From positions 2,720,001 to 2,784,000 of the forward strand of contig OY969585.1 in NCBI GenBank assembly GCA_963701295.1: DNA of 64,000 bases, given 5' to 3'. This stretch comes from Ignavibacteriota bacterium (lineage in GTDB: Bacteria; Bacteroidota; Ignavibacteria; UBA10030). Shown in pieces: positions 63,105-64,000 of this stretch. The notes under the pieces are model-generated. The model was not told the DNA's origin and searched no databases. It saw nothing but the letters and a program-made list of their open reading frames with translations. How positions within the stretch are numbered: position 1 is the first letter of the stretch; each line of letters begins with the position of its first letter. Position numbers and translations under genes: made by a program.

Positions 63105-64000
63105 TTAATTATTCTTAAATTTTTCTATGATACCTGTGCCGATGATAAAAGAACCGAACGCAGCATAAGTACTGACTTCCTTTGGCTGCATGATATAATC
63201 CTGATAACTATTTTGAATCCCGATACTACTGCAATCAATTAGATCGATAAATCCTTTTTCATTCAATTTAGTTTTCTTGATAATGCCTTCATATGCCTTC
63301 TTTACGACCGGAGAATATTCTTCGGAACTGATGTATCCTTTATCAATCGATTTTTTCAATAAGTATAAAAACATACCGGTACCCGAAGTCTCATTCCAAT
63401 TCCCCGGTTGATCACATTTATCAACCACCTGACACCACATACCGGTTTTTTGATCTTGAACGTTTTTCAACCCTTTACAAAGATTCTTGAGTGCAGACAT
63501 GAGATATTGATAGTCGGAATGAGATTTTGGTAAAAAATCAAAAACGTCTGCCATTAAAACAGCATACCAACCAAGACCTTCGCTCCACACTTCGGAAGCT
63601 AATCCGGTTTCTTTATTTGCCCAGCTTGCTTCTTTCGATTCATCCCAGCCATGCAATAAGAGCCCGTTTGGTTTTATGCAATGCTTCAATATTAGTTTCA
63701 TCTGGTTTGTCACTTCCTCGAATGCATAGGCGCTATCGCCTATAACACTCCCGTATCTGGCAAGGAACATTTGTCCCATGAAAACACCATCGACCCACAT
63801 TTGATGTTTTGCCCAGGTTGCATGCCAAAAACCACCGTCGGAATTCCTTGGATACTTGATAAATCCATCACGGATTTTCGTTGCAGCTCGCTTGTACTTT
63901 TCAAGGTGCGTGTGCTCATACATAAAAATAATTGCGTATCCGGGAAGAAAATTATCAAGTGCGGTAGGAGAAAAATCAGGAATGTTCCCAAGTTTGTCAA
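63105..64000 (-). CDS. GH105/GH88 unsaturated glycuronyl hydrolase, 5' part outside the window
   Basis: LDNF.PG, GGFWH, QMWVDG.FM, GLL.HGWDES, G.GWY, G.W.QVVD, ETSGT.MF; frame open to the window edge. Confidence 0.9.
   Translation of the reverse strand, partial: DKLGNIPDFSPTALDNFLPGYAIIFMYEHTHLEKYKRAATKIRDGFIKYPRNSDGGFWHATWAKHQMWVDGVFMGQMFLARYGSVIGDSAYAFEEVTNQMKLILKHCIKPNGLLLHGWDESKEASWANKETGLASEVWSEGLGWYAVLMADVFDFLPKSHSDYQYLMSALKNLCKGLKNVQDQKTGMWCQVVDKCDQPGNWNETSGTGMFLYLLKKSIDKGYISSEEYSPVVKKAYEGIIKKTKLNEKGFIDLIDCSSIGIQNSYQDYIMQPKEVSTYAAFGSFIIGTGIIEKFKNN

Overview
Bacterial chromosome segment, most consistent with Ignavibacteriota or a close Chlorobi/Bacteroidota relative (inference: bshC, canonical lnt, DUF3098, Shine-Dalgarno use, TTGnnT-17-TATATT promoters). 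1-36.8 kb is core genome, almost all on the minus strand: apt, rpe, a plus-strand cdd-tdk(pseudogene)-PNP-bshC block, aroA, rimP-nusA-infB-rbfA-truB-ribF-rpsO-pnp, lnt, ispF, tRNA-Leu/Lys, lolC/E/D, frameshifted prfB, aspS, trxA, dnaE, proS, tRNA-Arg(CCT). 36.8-44.5 kb is a decayed accessory island on the 5' side of tRNA-Arg. It holds integrase arm-like repeats, a tyrosine-integrase C-terminal remnant, a frameshifted cyclic-phosphate-processing receiver gene, a C45-TPR gene bounded by attC half-sites with no integron integrase in view, an OMP, a YncE propeller, a prohibitin fragment and an AAA/DUF4143 gene. 44.5-64 kb is a co-oriented pectin/galactan CAZyme cluster (GH105, 2x GH2, GH28, GH59, GH35, GH97, one unassigned GH-like protein) ending in an uncharacterised propeller-DUF362-propeller module. 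Best novelty candidates: that module, the unassigned GH-like protein, orphan attC sites, two related C-rich-loop RNA elements and a Cys-less peroxiredoxin. All family calls come from motif recognition by eye; no searches were run.
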